Source: Spirochaetia bacterium (lineage in GTDB: Bacteria; Spirochaetota; Spirochaetia; SZUA-6; Bin103). Taken from it: a DNA stretch of 64,000 bases. This document shows, in pieces, positions 19,534 through 28,982 of this stretch. The notes below the pieces were generated by a model. That model made no database searches, had not been told where the DNA came from, and saw only the letters and a program-made list of their open reading frames with translations. The position numbers and the translations under genes are program-made. Location of the stretch: NCBI GenBank assembly GCA_965203905.1, contig CBDBDQ010000005.1:5856001-5920000 (forward strand), written 5' to 3'. Position 1 is the stretch's first letter. Each line of letters starts with the position of its first letter.

Positions 19534-21531
19534 CTAACCGACGAGACTTCCGCTCCGATCCAGCGCCGCGACGACCATCAGACAAGCCTCCCCGCGCGTC
19601 AACGGGCGCGCGTCTCCGGCGCCGGCATCGTGGGTGGCGGTTGCCGGCTCGCCAGCGCGAAATTCCGAGCCGCGGGAGCGTGCGGCCGTCGTCAGCAAGG
19701 CCCCGAACCGCGCCCGGTCGACGCCGTCGTCGCCGTGTCCCGATGGACGTTCTGCCGCGCTCGCCCGGTATACCGCGCGCGCCGTGGCCATGGTGGCGCG
19801 ATCGGCGTCGGCTCCACGCGGCGGACCCGCCAGCAACTCGCCGCAGGCGCGCGCCCACACCTCCGCCACCGCCGCGCTCAGCGGATCGCCGGGCCGGGCA
19901 TCGTAGTCGGCGAAGAATCCACGGGTGCCCAGGTACTGGACCGCCGGCACCCACGGCGCGGCGGTGGCCATGTCGAAGTCATTGAAGAAGCTGACCATCA
20001 TCGGCGCGGCCACCAGGCGCCGCACCAGCAGGTCCGGGTCCAGGTCACCGGGTGCGGTGCGTGTCTCCCGGGCCAGGGCACACGCAAAGCCGGCGGCCTC
20101 ACCGAGCTGCATGAACACGCTTTCGAGCCGGATCGTGCCCCACCCTACATGGGTCGCCGAGACACAGAGCGGCACCAGCAGGTTGACCAGGCGGCGATCC
20201 AGCAGACATCGAAACGGCACCTGCCCCGGCCGGGTGATCTCGCTGAGCAGGATCAGCCCTTCGCCGTCGCTGCCCGGAGTGGTTTCCTCGGAGACCTCGT
20301 GCGAATCCATGAACCACTCGGTGACCGCCACCGCATCGGCGTGGATCGGCGTGCGCGCGATGCCGCGCGCGAGCGATCCGTCATGCTCGGTGAATACCGC
20401 GCGGCCGCGGATGCGGCGCGCCTCGCGCACGTACAGCTCGTAGGGAACGTGATCGTTGTCGGCGAACTCGTCCGCCGCCAGCCCCCACCGGCGCGCGTCG
20501 GCACGCACTTCTGCCGGCACCTCCGGGTCGTTCTGCAGGAACCAGACCAGCCCGATATGATAGTCGCGGTAGCGGTCGACGATGGCACGCCGTTGCGGCC
20601 AGTCGGCATCGGGGTAAGCCCAGCCCTCGCCGATGTAGTTGGTCCACCAGTTGGCCTTGGCGTTCGGGATCGGGTTGCCGCGGATGCGCGGCCAGCGCCC
20701 CCGGAAACGGCGCAGGAAGTAGCCGCGGTCGTAACGTGCCGGGCGCGGCGGCTGGTGCTGGTTGGCCGGGTCGCGCGACATGCACAGCCGCAGGTGGTAG
20801 GACTGCACCTTGTGGTCGCCCGCGCCGGTGCTGCCGGCGAAGATCTGCGTGTTGATGCTCTGGAACGGCCGCAGGTTCAGCGCGCCTTCCACCGCGGCGC
20901 GCGGGTAGGTCGCGACCCCGTCGTTGTTGACCCGCACCGAGAGGATTCTCCCCGCGTGCGGCTCGCCGAACTCGTTGCGGTCCTCGCGTCCCACCCGGTA
21001 CGGCACTCCCGCCTGTGCCGCCAGGTCGGCGGTATAGGTGGCGTCGACGAACAGGTCGGCGGCCAGCCGCTGCCGTTGCTGGCCGCCATCCCGGCACAGG
21101 TGCACGGCGAAAACCCGATCGGCGTTGCGCTCCACGCCGTCCACCAGCCAACCCCGCATCACCGCGATCGCCGGCTGTTCGGCGAGCAGTTGCTCGAGCA
21201 CCGCCTCGGCGACATGCGGCTCGAAGGTGAGCCGATTGCCGGACGAGGTGCGGTCACCCGGCAGGCAGGTGCGATATTGGGGCGACTCCTCGCCGTACCG
21301 CTCGCGGTAGTAGTCCTTGATACGGTCGCAGATTTCGTCGTACAGCGGCGCGCGGCGGCCGTCGTACTGGGTGTCCATGACGCCGATGCCGGAGGACAGC
21401 ATGCCGCCGACATGCCGGTCCTCGGAGACCAGCGTTACCGAGAGCCCTTCCCGCGCGGCGCGCACCGCGCAGGTGATGCCGCACGGCGACGAGCCGATGA
21501 CGACCAGGTCGGGCTCAGCCGTCCCGGGCAC
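19534..21531 (-). CDS. FAD-dependent oxidoreductase (FAD_oxidored family), paralogue 2
   Basis: VVIGSSPCG, HVGGM, FVDATYTADLAA, LYVREARRIRG, SATHVGWGTIRLE. Confidence 0.85.
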   Translation of the reverse strand: MPGTAEPDLVVIGSSPCGITCAVRAAREGLSVTLVSEDRHVGGMLSSGIGVMDTQYDGRRAPLYDEICDRIKDYYRERYGEESPQYRTCLPGDRTSSGNRLTFEPHVAEAVLEQLLAEQPAIAVMRGWLVDGVERNADRVFAVHLCRDGGQQRQRLAADLFVDATYTADLAAQAGVPYRVGREDRNEFGEPHAGRILSVRVNNDGVATYPRAAVEGALNLRPFQSINTQIFAGSTGAGDHKVQSYHLRLCMSRDPANQHQPPRPARYDRGYFLRRFRGRWPRIRGNPIPNAKANWWTNYIGEGWAYPDADWPQRRAIVDRYRDYHIGLVWFLQNDPEVPAEVRADARRWGLAADEFADNDHVPYELYVREARRIRGRAVFTEHDGSLARGIARTPIHADAVAVTEWFMDSHEVSEETTPGSDGEGLILLSEITRPGQVPFRCLLDRRLVNLLVPLCVSATHVGWGTIRLESVFMQLGEAAGFACALARETRTAPGDLDPDLLVRRLVAAPMMVSFFNDFDMATAAPWVPAVQYLGTRGFFADYDARPGDPLSAAVAEVWARACGELLAGPPRGADADRATMATARAVYRASAAERPSGHGDDGVDRARFGALLTTAARSRGSEFRAGEPATATHDAGAGDARPLTRGEACLMVVAALDRSGSLVG

Positions 21532-23557
21532 GGTCGAGGACCGCCATGATCACTCGTGCCGCCTGTCCACGCAGCAGCGGACCGGCCGCGGACGGCACCG
21601 CGGCGGCGGCCAGCAACTCGTGCGTTGCCGCCGGCGGCGACTCGGTGCCGCAGCCTGCTCCATTGTGCCGGACAGCGATGCGCCGGGCGGCGATCTGCCT
21701 GGCCGCGCGTTCGGCGAACCACTCCGCCGTGACCGCGTCGCCCGAGTCCGGCGGCACCTGGCGCGCGACCTGCGAGGGGTTGCTCGTGCCGCCATCTTCG
21801 CCGCTGTCGAGCCAGTACCCGATTGCGCGCACCCACGCCGCGGCCACCCCTGCGGTCAGTGGCTCCAGGGGACGAGCGTCGTAGGAGTTGAAAAACCCGC
21901 GCACCGCAAGCCGTTGCACCGCCTCGAACCACGGCGCGCGAGCGTCCTCCAGGGCGTCGTTGAAGAAGCTGATGCGCGTTCCCTGCGCCAGCAGCCGCCG
22001 TTGCAGCCGATCCACGTCGACCTCGGCGACGAGGCCGTGCCCGTCCTCGGCCGCGAGCCGGCACGCCACCGCGCTCGCCTCCCCCAGCGGCATCCAGGTC
22101 GGCTCCAGGCGAATCGTGCCCCAGCCGACGTGCGAGGCGGACAGGCAGACCGGCACCAGCAGGTTGTCGACCTCGCGTGGCAGCAGCGCCCGGTACGGCA
22201 CCTGGCCCGGCCGGGTCACCTCGCTGAGGAGGATCTTGCCCTCCCGGTCGCTGCCGGGGACCGTCTCCCAATGGCACTCGTGCGAGTCCATCGGCCACTC
22301 GGTGAAGCCGACCGCATCGGGGTGGATCGGCGCCCGCTCCAGGCCGCGCGCCAGCGTGCCGTCGTGCTCGGTGAACACCGCCCTGCCGAGCAGCCGCCGC
22401 GTCTCGCGCGCGTACATCTCCCACGGCACGTGGTCGTTGTCGGTGTAGGCAGCGCCGTCGAGCCCCACCAGCGACGCATTGGCGCGAATCGGTTCCGGCA
22501 CCTCCGCGTCGTGCTGCAGGAAGTGGAGCATGCCCAGCGCGAAGTCACGATGCCGGGCGTAGACACGGCGCCTCTCTTCCCAATCGCCGTCGGGATAGGT
22601 CTCGCCACCCTCGGGCAGGTTGGGCCCGTTCCAGCCGACCGTCGACCTGCCGGCGCCGGATCCGGGGTTGCCGCCGAAGCCCCAGCGGTCGCGCAGCGCC
22701 AGGAACAGCGCGCGCGGATACCAGTCCGGCCGCGGCGGCGCCACCCGGCGTGCCGGGTCGCGGGTCAGCGACAGGCGCATGTTGTACGCCTGAATCGCGC
22801 GGTCGCCTTCACCGGTCGAGCCGGCGAACAGCTCGCCCGTGATGGCGAAGAAGGCACGCAGGTTGAGCACACCACTCACCGCGGCGTGCGGATAGGTCGC
22901 CACCCCGCCGGGGGCCCGCTTCAGGGAGGTGAACACGCGGCCGGCATGCGGCTCGCCGTATTCCTCGCGCCCCTCGCGGCCCACGCGGTAGCTGACTCCG
23001 GCGCAGGCCGCCAGGTCCGCCTCGTAGGAGGCATCGACGAAACTCGGTGCCGCATGGCGCGCCGCACCCGGCGTCGCCGCACCCCGGCGCCGTGCATCGC
23101 TCCCCTGCCCTGCATCCGGGTACGGCGCCGTCCACAGCGCGAGGATGCGGCGCCCGGCGCGCTCGACCGCCACCGGGACCACCTCGCGCAGCAGGCGGAT
23201 CCGTTCCTCGTCCGCGACCATCGCCTCCAGCACCGTCTCCGCGTCGCGCGCCGCGAACTGCGGCCGCCCGCTGGACTGCCGCCGCGAGCGCCAGTGAGCC
23301 GCCTCGTGCTCGGGCGACCCGTCCCCGTACACACCCCGGCAGTGCTCGACGATCCGCCGATGCAGCTCGTCGAACAGCGGCGCCCGCGCTCCCTCGTAGA
23401 GGGTGTCGAAGGTGCCGAGCCCGTTGGCCAGCATGCCGCCGAGGTGCCGGTGATGGTGCAGCAGCAGTACCTCGGCACCGTCGCGGGCGGCGCGCACCGC
23501 GCAGGCGATGCCGGCCGGCGTCGCCCCGTAGACAATCAGATCGTGTTCTCCCTTCAC
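21515..23557 (-). CDS. FAD-dependent oxidoreductase (FAD_oxidored family), paralogue 1
   Basis: IVYGATPAG, HLGGM, FVDASYEADLAA, YARETRRLLG, SASHVGWGTIRLEP; start GTG 23557. Confidence 0.85.
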   Translation of the reverse strand: MKGEHDLIVYGATPAGIACAVRAARDGAEVLLLHHHRHLGGMLANGLGTFDTLYEGARAPLFDELHRRIVEHCRGVYGDGSPEHEAAHWRSRRQSSGRPQFAARDAETVLEAMVADEERIRLLREVVPVAVERAGRRILALWTAPYPDAGQGSDARRRGAATPGAARHAAPSFVDASYEADLAACAGVSYRVGREGREEYGEPHAGRVFTSLKRAPGGVATYPHAAVSGVLNLRAFFAITGELFAGSTGEGDRAIQAYNMRLSLTRDPARRVAPPRPDWYPRALFLALRDRWGFGGNPGSGAGRSTVGWNGPNLPEGGETYPDGDWEERRRVYARHRDFALGMLHFLQHDAEVPEPIRANASLVGLDGAAYTDNDHVPWEMYARETRRLLGRAVFTEHDGTLARGLERAPIHPDAVGFTEWPMDSHECHWETVPGSDREGKILLSEVTRPGQVPYRALLPREVDNLLVPVCLSASHVGWGTIRLEPTWMPLGEASAVACRLAAEDGHGLVAEVDVDRLQRRLLAQGTRISFFNDALEDARAPWFEAVQRLAVRGFFNSYDARPLEPLTAGVAAAWVRAIGYWLDSGEDGGTSNPSQVARQVPPDSGDAVTAEWFAERAARQIAARRIAVRHNGAGCGTESPPAATHELLAAAAVPSAAGPLLRGQAARVIMAVLDRARDG

Positions 23558-23568
23558 CCGGCGCCCCC

Positions 23569-24459
23569 TCAGCCCTTCACCGATCCCACCATCACGCCCT
23601 TCACGAAGTACTTCTGAATGTAGGGGTACACCAGCAGAATCGGAACCGTGGTGACGATGATCGCCGCACACTGCACCGTGAACCCGGGCGGGATATCGTC
23701 GAACTCGGCCAGTCCGTCGCCGCTCAGCTCGACGTTTGCAGCGGACGCCATGATCTGCCGCAACATCAACTGCACCGGCCACTTGCGCGAGCTGTTGATG
23801 TAGATCACCGCATCGACCCACGAATTCCAGTGCTGCACCGCGTAGAACAGGGCGATGGTAGAGATCGCCGCCATGCTCAGGGGAATCACGATGCGGAACA
23901 CGATCTGCAAGGTATGGGCGCCGTCCATCACCGCGCTCTCCTCGATCTCGGCGGGAACACTGAAAAAAAAGTTGCGCAGCAGCAGGGCATACCAGGGATT
24001 CACCAGGATCGGAATCACCAGCGCCCAGACGGAGTCGATCAGTCCGACCGAGCGCACCAGGAAGTAGGTCGGAATCAAGCCGCCACTGAACAGGATGGTG
24101 ACGAAGATGAAGAAGGTGATGCCCTTGACGTACGGCAGCCGCGTCTTCGACAGGCCATACGACAGCAGCACGGTCACCAGCATGTTCAGAAGTGTGCCGA
24201 CGACGACCCGGAACAACGTGATTCCATAGGCGCGCACGATCTGCCCCGATCCGCCCAGCAGCATCCGGTACGCGTCCAGCGTCGAGTCGCGCGGCGGCAG
24301 CAGGTTGACGCGCGCCGCGGCCGACGTCAGGTTGCCGACGAACGAGTTCACCAGCACGTTGTAGATCGGAAACGCGAACAGCAGGGCCACGATGCTCAGG
24401 AACACGTAGTTGGCACCCTGAAACAGCCGCTCGCCGCTGAGCTGGCGCGTGCCTACCAC
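23569..24459 (-). CDS. Carbohydrate ABC permease
   Basis: FSGGLIPTY, EESAVMDGA, YPYIQKYFVKGVMVGSVKG. Confidence 0.9.
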   Translation of the reverse strand: MVGTRQLSGERLFQGANYVFLSIVALLFAFPIYNVLVNSFVGNLTSAAARVNLLPPRDSTLDAYRMLLGGSGQIVRAYGITLFRVVVGTLLNMLVTVLLSYGLSKTRLPYVKGITFFIFVTILFSGGLIPTYFLVRSVGLIDSVWALVIPILVNPWYALLLRNFFFSVPAEIEESAVMDGAHTLQIVFRIVIPLSMAAISTIALFYAVQHWNSWVDAVIYINSSRKWPVQLMLRQIMASAANVELSGDGLAEFDDIPPGFTVQCAAIIVTTVPILLVYPYIQKYFVKGVMVGSVKG

Positions 24460-25430
24460 AACCCCGCCTCCCCCCAGCGCTTGGAGAACCGGTTGGCCAC
24501 CACCACCAGGGCCAGCGCGATTACCGACTTGAACATCCCGGCCGCCGCCGCGTAGGAGTAGTTGAAGTTGATCAGACCCTCGCGGTAGACGTAGGTGTCG
24601 ATGATGTCGCCGGTCGAATACACCGCCGGGGAATAGAACGCCAGGATGTGATCGAAGCCGACATCCAGGATGCGGCCCATGCGCAGGATGAAGATGATGA
24701 TGATCACGGGGAGGATGCCGGGGATGGTGATCTGCCACACCTCCTGCAGCTTGGAAGCGCCGTCGATCCGCGCCGCCTCGTAGAGATTCGGGTCGATGTT
24801 GCTCATCGCCGCCAGGTAGAGGATCGAGCCCCAGCCGGTGGCATGCCACACCGTGGTGGCGACGATGATCGCCTGGAACATGCCTGGCTCGGCCAGAAAG
24901 TGGATCGGCTGCCCGCCGCCGCTCTTGATCAGCAGGTTCACCAGCCCATTGGTCGGACTGAGCAACGCATAGGTGAGGCTGTAGACCACCACCCAGGACA
25001 GGAAGTGCGGCAGGTAGGAGATGGTCTGCACCGTGCGCTTGAACGCGCTGACGCGTACCTCGTTCAGCAGCAGGGCGAGGATGATCGGCGCCGGAAAGCC
25101 GAGCACCAGTTGCTGCACGCTGATCGAAACGGTATTGCGCAGGACCGGTAGAAAGTAGTAGCCGCTGAACAGCCGCTGGAAGTACTTGAACCCGGCGAAG
25201 CTGCCGCCAAAAAAGATCTCCTGCGGGCCGCCGAACGGGTTGAAGTCCTTGAACGCGATGATCACGCCGTACATCGGCACGTAGCGGAACAGCACGAAGA
25301 ACAGGAGCGCCGGCAGCATCAGGAAGTAGATCCAGCGATGCTGCCGCAACAGCGCCAGCCGGCGCCGCCGTTTCGCTCCGCGCTCCGCGCGCCGCTGCGC
25401 GGTCGCAGGAATGGCCGGTGCGGTACTCAA
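24453..25430 (-). CDS. Carbohydrate ABC permease (LplB-like)
   Basis: YVPMYG, YLPHFLSWV, LYEAARIDGA, IIDTYVY. Confidence 0.9.
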   Translation of the reverse strand: MSTAPAIPATAQRRAERGAKRRRRLALLRQHRWIYFLMLPALLFFVLFRYVPMYGVIIAFKDFNPFGGPQEIFFGGSFAGFKYFQRLFSGYYFLPVLRNTVSISVQQLVLGFPAPIILALLLNEVRVSAFKRTVQTISYLPHFLSWVVVYSLTYALLSPTNGLVNLLIKSGGGQPIHFLAEPGMFQAIIVATTVWHATGWGSILYLAAMSNIDPNLYEAARIDGASKLQEVWQITIPGILPVIIIIFILRMGRILDVGFDHILAFYSPAVYSTGDIIDTYVYREGLINFNYSYAAAAGMFKSVIALALVVVANRFSKRWGEAGLW

Positions 25431-25476
25431 GCCGCGTGCGCTAGCCGGGCGTGGCGCGCACGGGTCGGCATTGCGA

Positions 25477-27027
25477 TCAGTTCAGGGCGCCCGATGCCAC
25501 GTACGCTTCGGTCAGCAGCTTGTTGAGGCGCTGCAGGCCGATCTTGTCGAGATCCTCCAGGAACTGGTCGTACTCGGACAGCGGACGGGTGCCGAGAATG
25601 AACTTCAACGTCTCCTCCTCGACCATGCGATCGAGGTCCGAACGCTGCACTTCCTCCTGCACCGTGGCCCAGTCGACGATGACGTTGTGCAGGGCAGACT
25701 CCTTGGCGCGGCGGAAGTCGAACATGCCGCCGTCGCTGAACTGCCCGCGCTCGAAGATGTAGTCGTAGATCATCCCCAGTGCCGGGTTGTCCGAGCCGAG
25801 GGCGAACTTGTCCGAGAGGACGGTCATCGACAGCGAGGTGCCGCGCACGAACTCGCCCTGGTAGCGGCCGGTACCGAGCCGGTCGAGGGTGTTGATGATG
25901 CCGAAGTCGGGCTCGCGCGTACCCCACTCGTAGTCCTTGCCCTCGATCCCGTAGCGCAGCAGCGCGTACGCGTCGTAGCCCGAGTAGGCGTAGTCGAGGA
26001 ACTCCATGGCGGCCTCCGGCTCCTGGCTGGAAGCGGTGATCATTACCGCGCCGCCGGTGTTCTGGGGGTAGGCGGTCTCCGCCACCCCCTTGGGGCCGCG
26101 CAACTCGGGTGCCATCAGGTAGCGCGCGTTGGGGTCCATTTCCGCGAGCTGGGCGCTGGCGGTATGGGTGACCGACGAGTACCAGGCGCCGACCACCGGC
26201 ACCACTCCGCTGGCCACGTGCGCGCGCATGTCGGTCATCTTGATGTTGAAGAAATCGGGGTTGATGTAGCCGGCCGCGAACCAGTCGCGCATCAACTCCA
26301 GGTACTCGCGGTACCCCGGATCCTCGACCGAGTGGCGGATCGAACCGGTGCTCGTGTCGTACCAGTTCGGCCAGCCGGCCTCGAGATAGCCGGCGGCCAA
26401 GGTCATGTTCATGCCGCGCAGGTCCATCAGCATCACGATGGTGTTGCCGTTGCCGGCCGGATCCTCCTGCTTGAAGAACTCCAGCAGGTCGCCGAGCTCG
26501 GCGATGGTGGCGGGCACCGGCTTGGCGTAGCGCTCCAGCCAGTCGGCACGGATCCAGACCGGGTTGGCGAGCCGTGCCGAGTTGTTCGGGATGCCCCAGA
26601 TCACCCCGTCGGCATCGGTCACGGTCGGCCACAGGGAGGGCCGCAGCCACTCGCGGATGTTGGCGCCGTGAGCGTCCAACAGGTCGCCGATCGGGCGGAT
26701 GACGTTGCGCGCGCTGAATTCGGGCCACGAGTCCTTGAACGTGTCGAGCCGCTCGCCGGACGAGAGCAGCAGCGCCAGTTTCTCATCGGCCTGCTGGCTC
26801 GGCGAGAAGATCGAGTGCGGGCGGATGCCGATGCGCTTGACCACCTCCTCCTGGATCTCCTCCAGCGCCTCGGGCGTGGACGGCTGCGCGTTCGACGTGC
26901 TGAAGATGTAGACGTCGCGGATTGCCGGCTCAGCCGAACCCTCCGCATCGGCGGCGGCGAACGCCGCCATCGGCGCCAGCAGCGCCGCGGCGATGGCGAC
27001 AATCAGGGCCTTCGAGATTCGTTCCAT
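25477..27027 (-). CDS. Sugar ABC extracellular solute-binding protein
   Basis: Signal peptide; DGVIWGIP, IRADWL, DPAGNG, YGIEGKDY. Confidence 0.85.
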   Translation of the reverse strand: MERISKALIVAIAAALLAPMAAFAAADAEGSAEPAIRDVYIFSTSNAQPSTPEALEEIQEEVVKRIGIRPHSIFSPSQQADEKLALLLSSGERLDTFKDSWPEFSARNVIRPIGDLLDAHGANIREWLRPSLWPTVTDADGVIWGIPNNSARLANPVWIRADWLERYAKPVPATIAELGDLLEFFKQEDPAGNGNTIVMLMDLRGMNMTLAAGYLEAGWPNWYDTSTGSIRHSVEDPGYREYLELMRDWFAAGYINPDFFNIKMTDMRAHVASGVVPVVGAWYSSVTHTASAQLAEMDPNARYLMAPELRGPKGVAETAYPQNTGGAVMITASSQEPEAAMEFLDYAYSGYDAYALLRYGIEGKDYEWGTREPDFGIINTLDRLGTGRYQGEFVRGTSLSMTVLSDKFALGSDNPALGMIYDYIFERGQFSDGGMFDFRRAKESALHNVIVDWATVQEEVQRSDLDRMVEEETLKFILGTRPLSEYDQFLEDLDKIGLQRLNKLLTEAYVASGALN

Positions 27028-27175
27028 TGCTCACTCCCATCAAGTGGTTGATCGCTGCGAGCGTGGCCCACGCCTGAACTGGCGTCAAGCGAGCCTCGGC
27101 CTCGGTCTGAGCGTCCGCACCGCCCGGTACAGGAAGGTGCAAATCTGGTAGGCTGCCGGCGGAGTTTGTGATCAA

Positions 27176-28810
27176 GTGACTGGCTATGAAGTGATGGCGC
27201 GCGTGCTCGCCGCCGAGGGTGTAACGGATCTTTCCGCGTTCCCGATGCAGGAGTTGATCGAGACCGGTGCCCGCATCGGGATCCGTCCGATCATCTGCCG
27301 CCAGGAGCGGACCGGCGTCAACATCGCCGACGGCTACGCGCGGGTGACCAACGGCACCCGGCTCGGGGTGTTCACCATGCAGTACGGCCCCGGCGCCGAG
27401 AACGCGTTCGCGGGGGTGGCGCAGGCCTATGCCGACTCGGTGCCCCTGCTGCACCTGGCCGGCGGGGCGCCGACCAGCCGCCAGGGCGTGGCCCCCACCT
27501 TCGAGCCGGTGCGCGCCTACCGCTCGGTGACCAAGTGGGCGGCCCAGATCAGGGATGCGGCCGACGTCCCCGCCATGGTGCGGCGCGCGGTCGGGCAGCT
27601 CAAGCACGGGCGCCGCGGCCCGGTGCTGCTGGAGATGATCCACGATGCGATGCAGCGCGACTATCCCGGCGCCGAGGTCGACTACACCCCGGTGACGCCG
27701 CGACGCTCCGCGGCGGCGGGCGAGGATGTCCGCGACTTGGTCGCCGCCCTGCTGGCGGCGCGCAACCCGGTGCTGATCGCGGGACAGGGCGTCCTGTACG
27801 CCGAGGCGTGGGACGAGCTGGTCGCCTTCGCCGAATTGGCGCAGATCCCGGTGCTCACCACCCTGGCGGGCAAGAGCGCGTTCCCGGAGACCCACGCGCT
27901 GGCCCTCGGCACCGCCGGCCTGACCTACACCCTGATGGTGTCCCGGTTCCTCGCCGAGGCCGACTTGATCGTGGGTGTCGGCACCAGCTTCACCCGCAAT
28001 ACCTTCACCACCCCGATGCCGGACGGCGCCGCGCTGGCCCAGGTGACCAACTGCGGCGAGGACATCGGCAAGGATTATCCCGTGGCTCACGGGGCGGTGG
28101 GAGACGCCCGCCTGGTGCTGGACCAGATGCTGGAGGAGTACCGCCGCCAGGACGGCCGCAAGGTGCGCGGCGACGGCGGCGGGGCGGCGCAGCGGGTGGC
28201 CGCCGTCACGGCCGAGTTCGCGGCCCAGTGGGAGCCCGACTTCAGCTCCGACGAGGTGCCGATCAGTCCCTATCGCGTGATCCGGGAGCTGGAGCGGGCG
28301 TTCGCCGGGCAGAGCACCATCGTCACCCACGACTCCGGCTACCCGCGCGACCAGATGGTGCCGATGTGGAAGACGCTGGAGCCGCGCGGCTACCTGGGCT
28401 GGGGCAAGTCCACCCAGCTCGGCTACGGTCTGGGACTGGCGATCGGGGCCAAGCTGGCGGCGCCGGAGCGCAACGTCATCAACGTGATGGGAGAGGCCGC
28501 GTTCGGGATGTCGGGCCTGGACATCGAGACGGCGGTGCGTTCCGAGATACCGATCCTCACCGTGGTGCTCAACAACGGCGTGATGACCAAGTACGACCAC
28601 CACATGCCGGCCGCCACCGAGCGCTACGGCAGCAACCGGCTGGGGGGAAACTACGCGGCGGTCGCCGCGGCGCTCGGGGCACACGCGCAACGGGTGGAAG
28701 CTCCGGATGAGCTGGGCCCCGCTCTGGCGCGCGCCCAGGCCGCCAACCGCGAGGGACAGACCGCCCTGGTGGAGGTGCTGAGCAAGGCCGAACCGCGCGT
28801 CGCGCCGTGA
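27176..28810 (+). CDS. Thiamine pyrophosphate-requiring enzyme (ALS-like)
   Basis: CRQERTG, QYGPG, AYADSVP, GEAAFGM...VLNNG TPP-binding motif. Confidence 0.88.
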   Translation: MTGYEVMARVLAAEGVTDLSAFPMQELIETGARIGIRPIICRQERTGVNIADGYARVTNGTRLGVFTMQYGPGAENAFAGVAQAYADSVPLLHLAGGAPTSRQGVAPTFEPVRAYRSVTKWAAQIRDAADVPAMVRRAVGQLKHGRRGPVLLEMIHDAMQRDYPGAEVDYTPVTPRRSAAAGEDVRDLVAALLAARNPVLIAGQGVLYAEAWDELVAFAELAQIPVLTTLAGKSAFPETHALALGTAGLTYTLMVSRFLAEADLIVGVGTSFTRNTFTTPMPDGAALAQVTNCGEDIGKDYPVAHGAVGDARLVLDQMLEEYRRQDGRKVRGDGGGAAQRVAAVTAEFAAQWEPDFSSDEVPISPYRVIRELERAFAGQSTIVTHDSGYPRDQMVPMWKTLEPRGYLGWGKSTQLGYGLGLAIGAKLAAPERNVINVMGEAAFGMSGLDIETAVRSEIPILTVVLNNGVMTKYDHHMPAATERYGSNRLGGNYAAVAAALGAHAQRVEAPDELGPALARAQAANREGQTALVEVLSKAEPRVAP

Positions 28811-28982
28811 GCGGCGGACGCCACTCTGCGTGGCGGTAACGGCAGCCTGGCCACAGCCGCAGGGACACCCGCAACGGGGACCGTGCGACACCTCCGCGGC
28901 ACTGCGGAGCCCCGAGACGGCGCCGTATCCGGCGCCGATTGCCTGCGGAATCAGGCCGATCGAGTACGCCCCGAGGTGCGCG

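Noticed and set aside
23963-23970. A8 homopolymer as a phase-variation site
   Set aside because: It encodes Phe-Phe-Phe in an intact permease frame; no supporting evidence.
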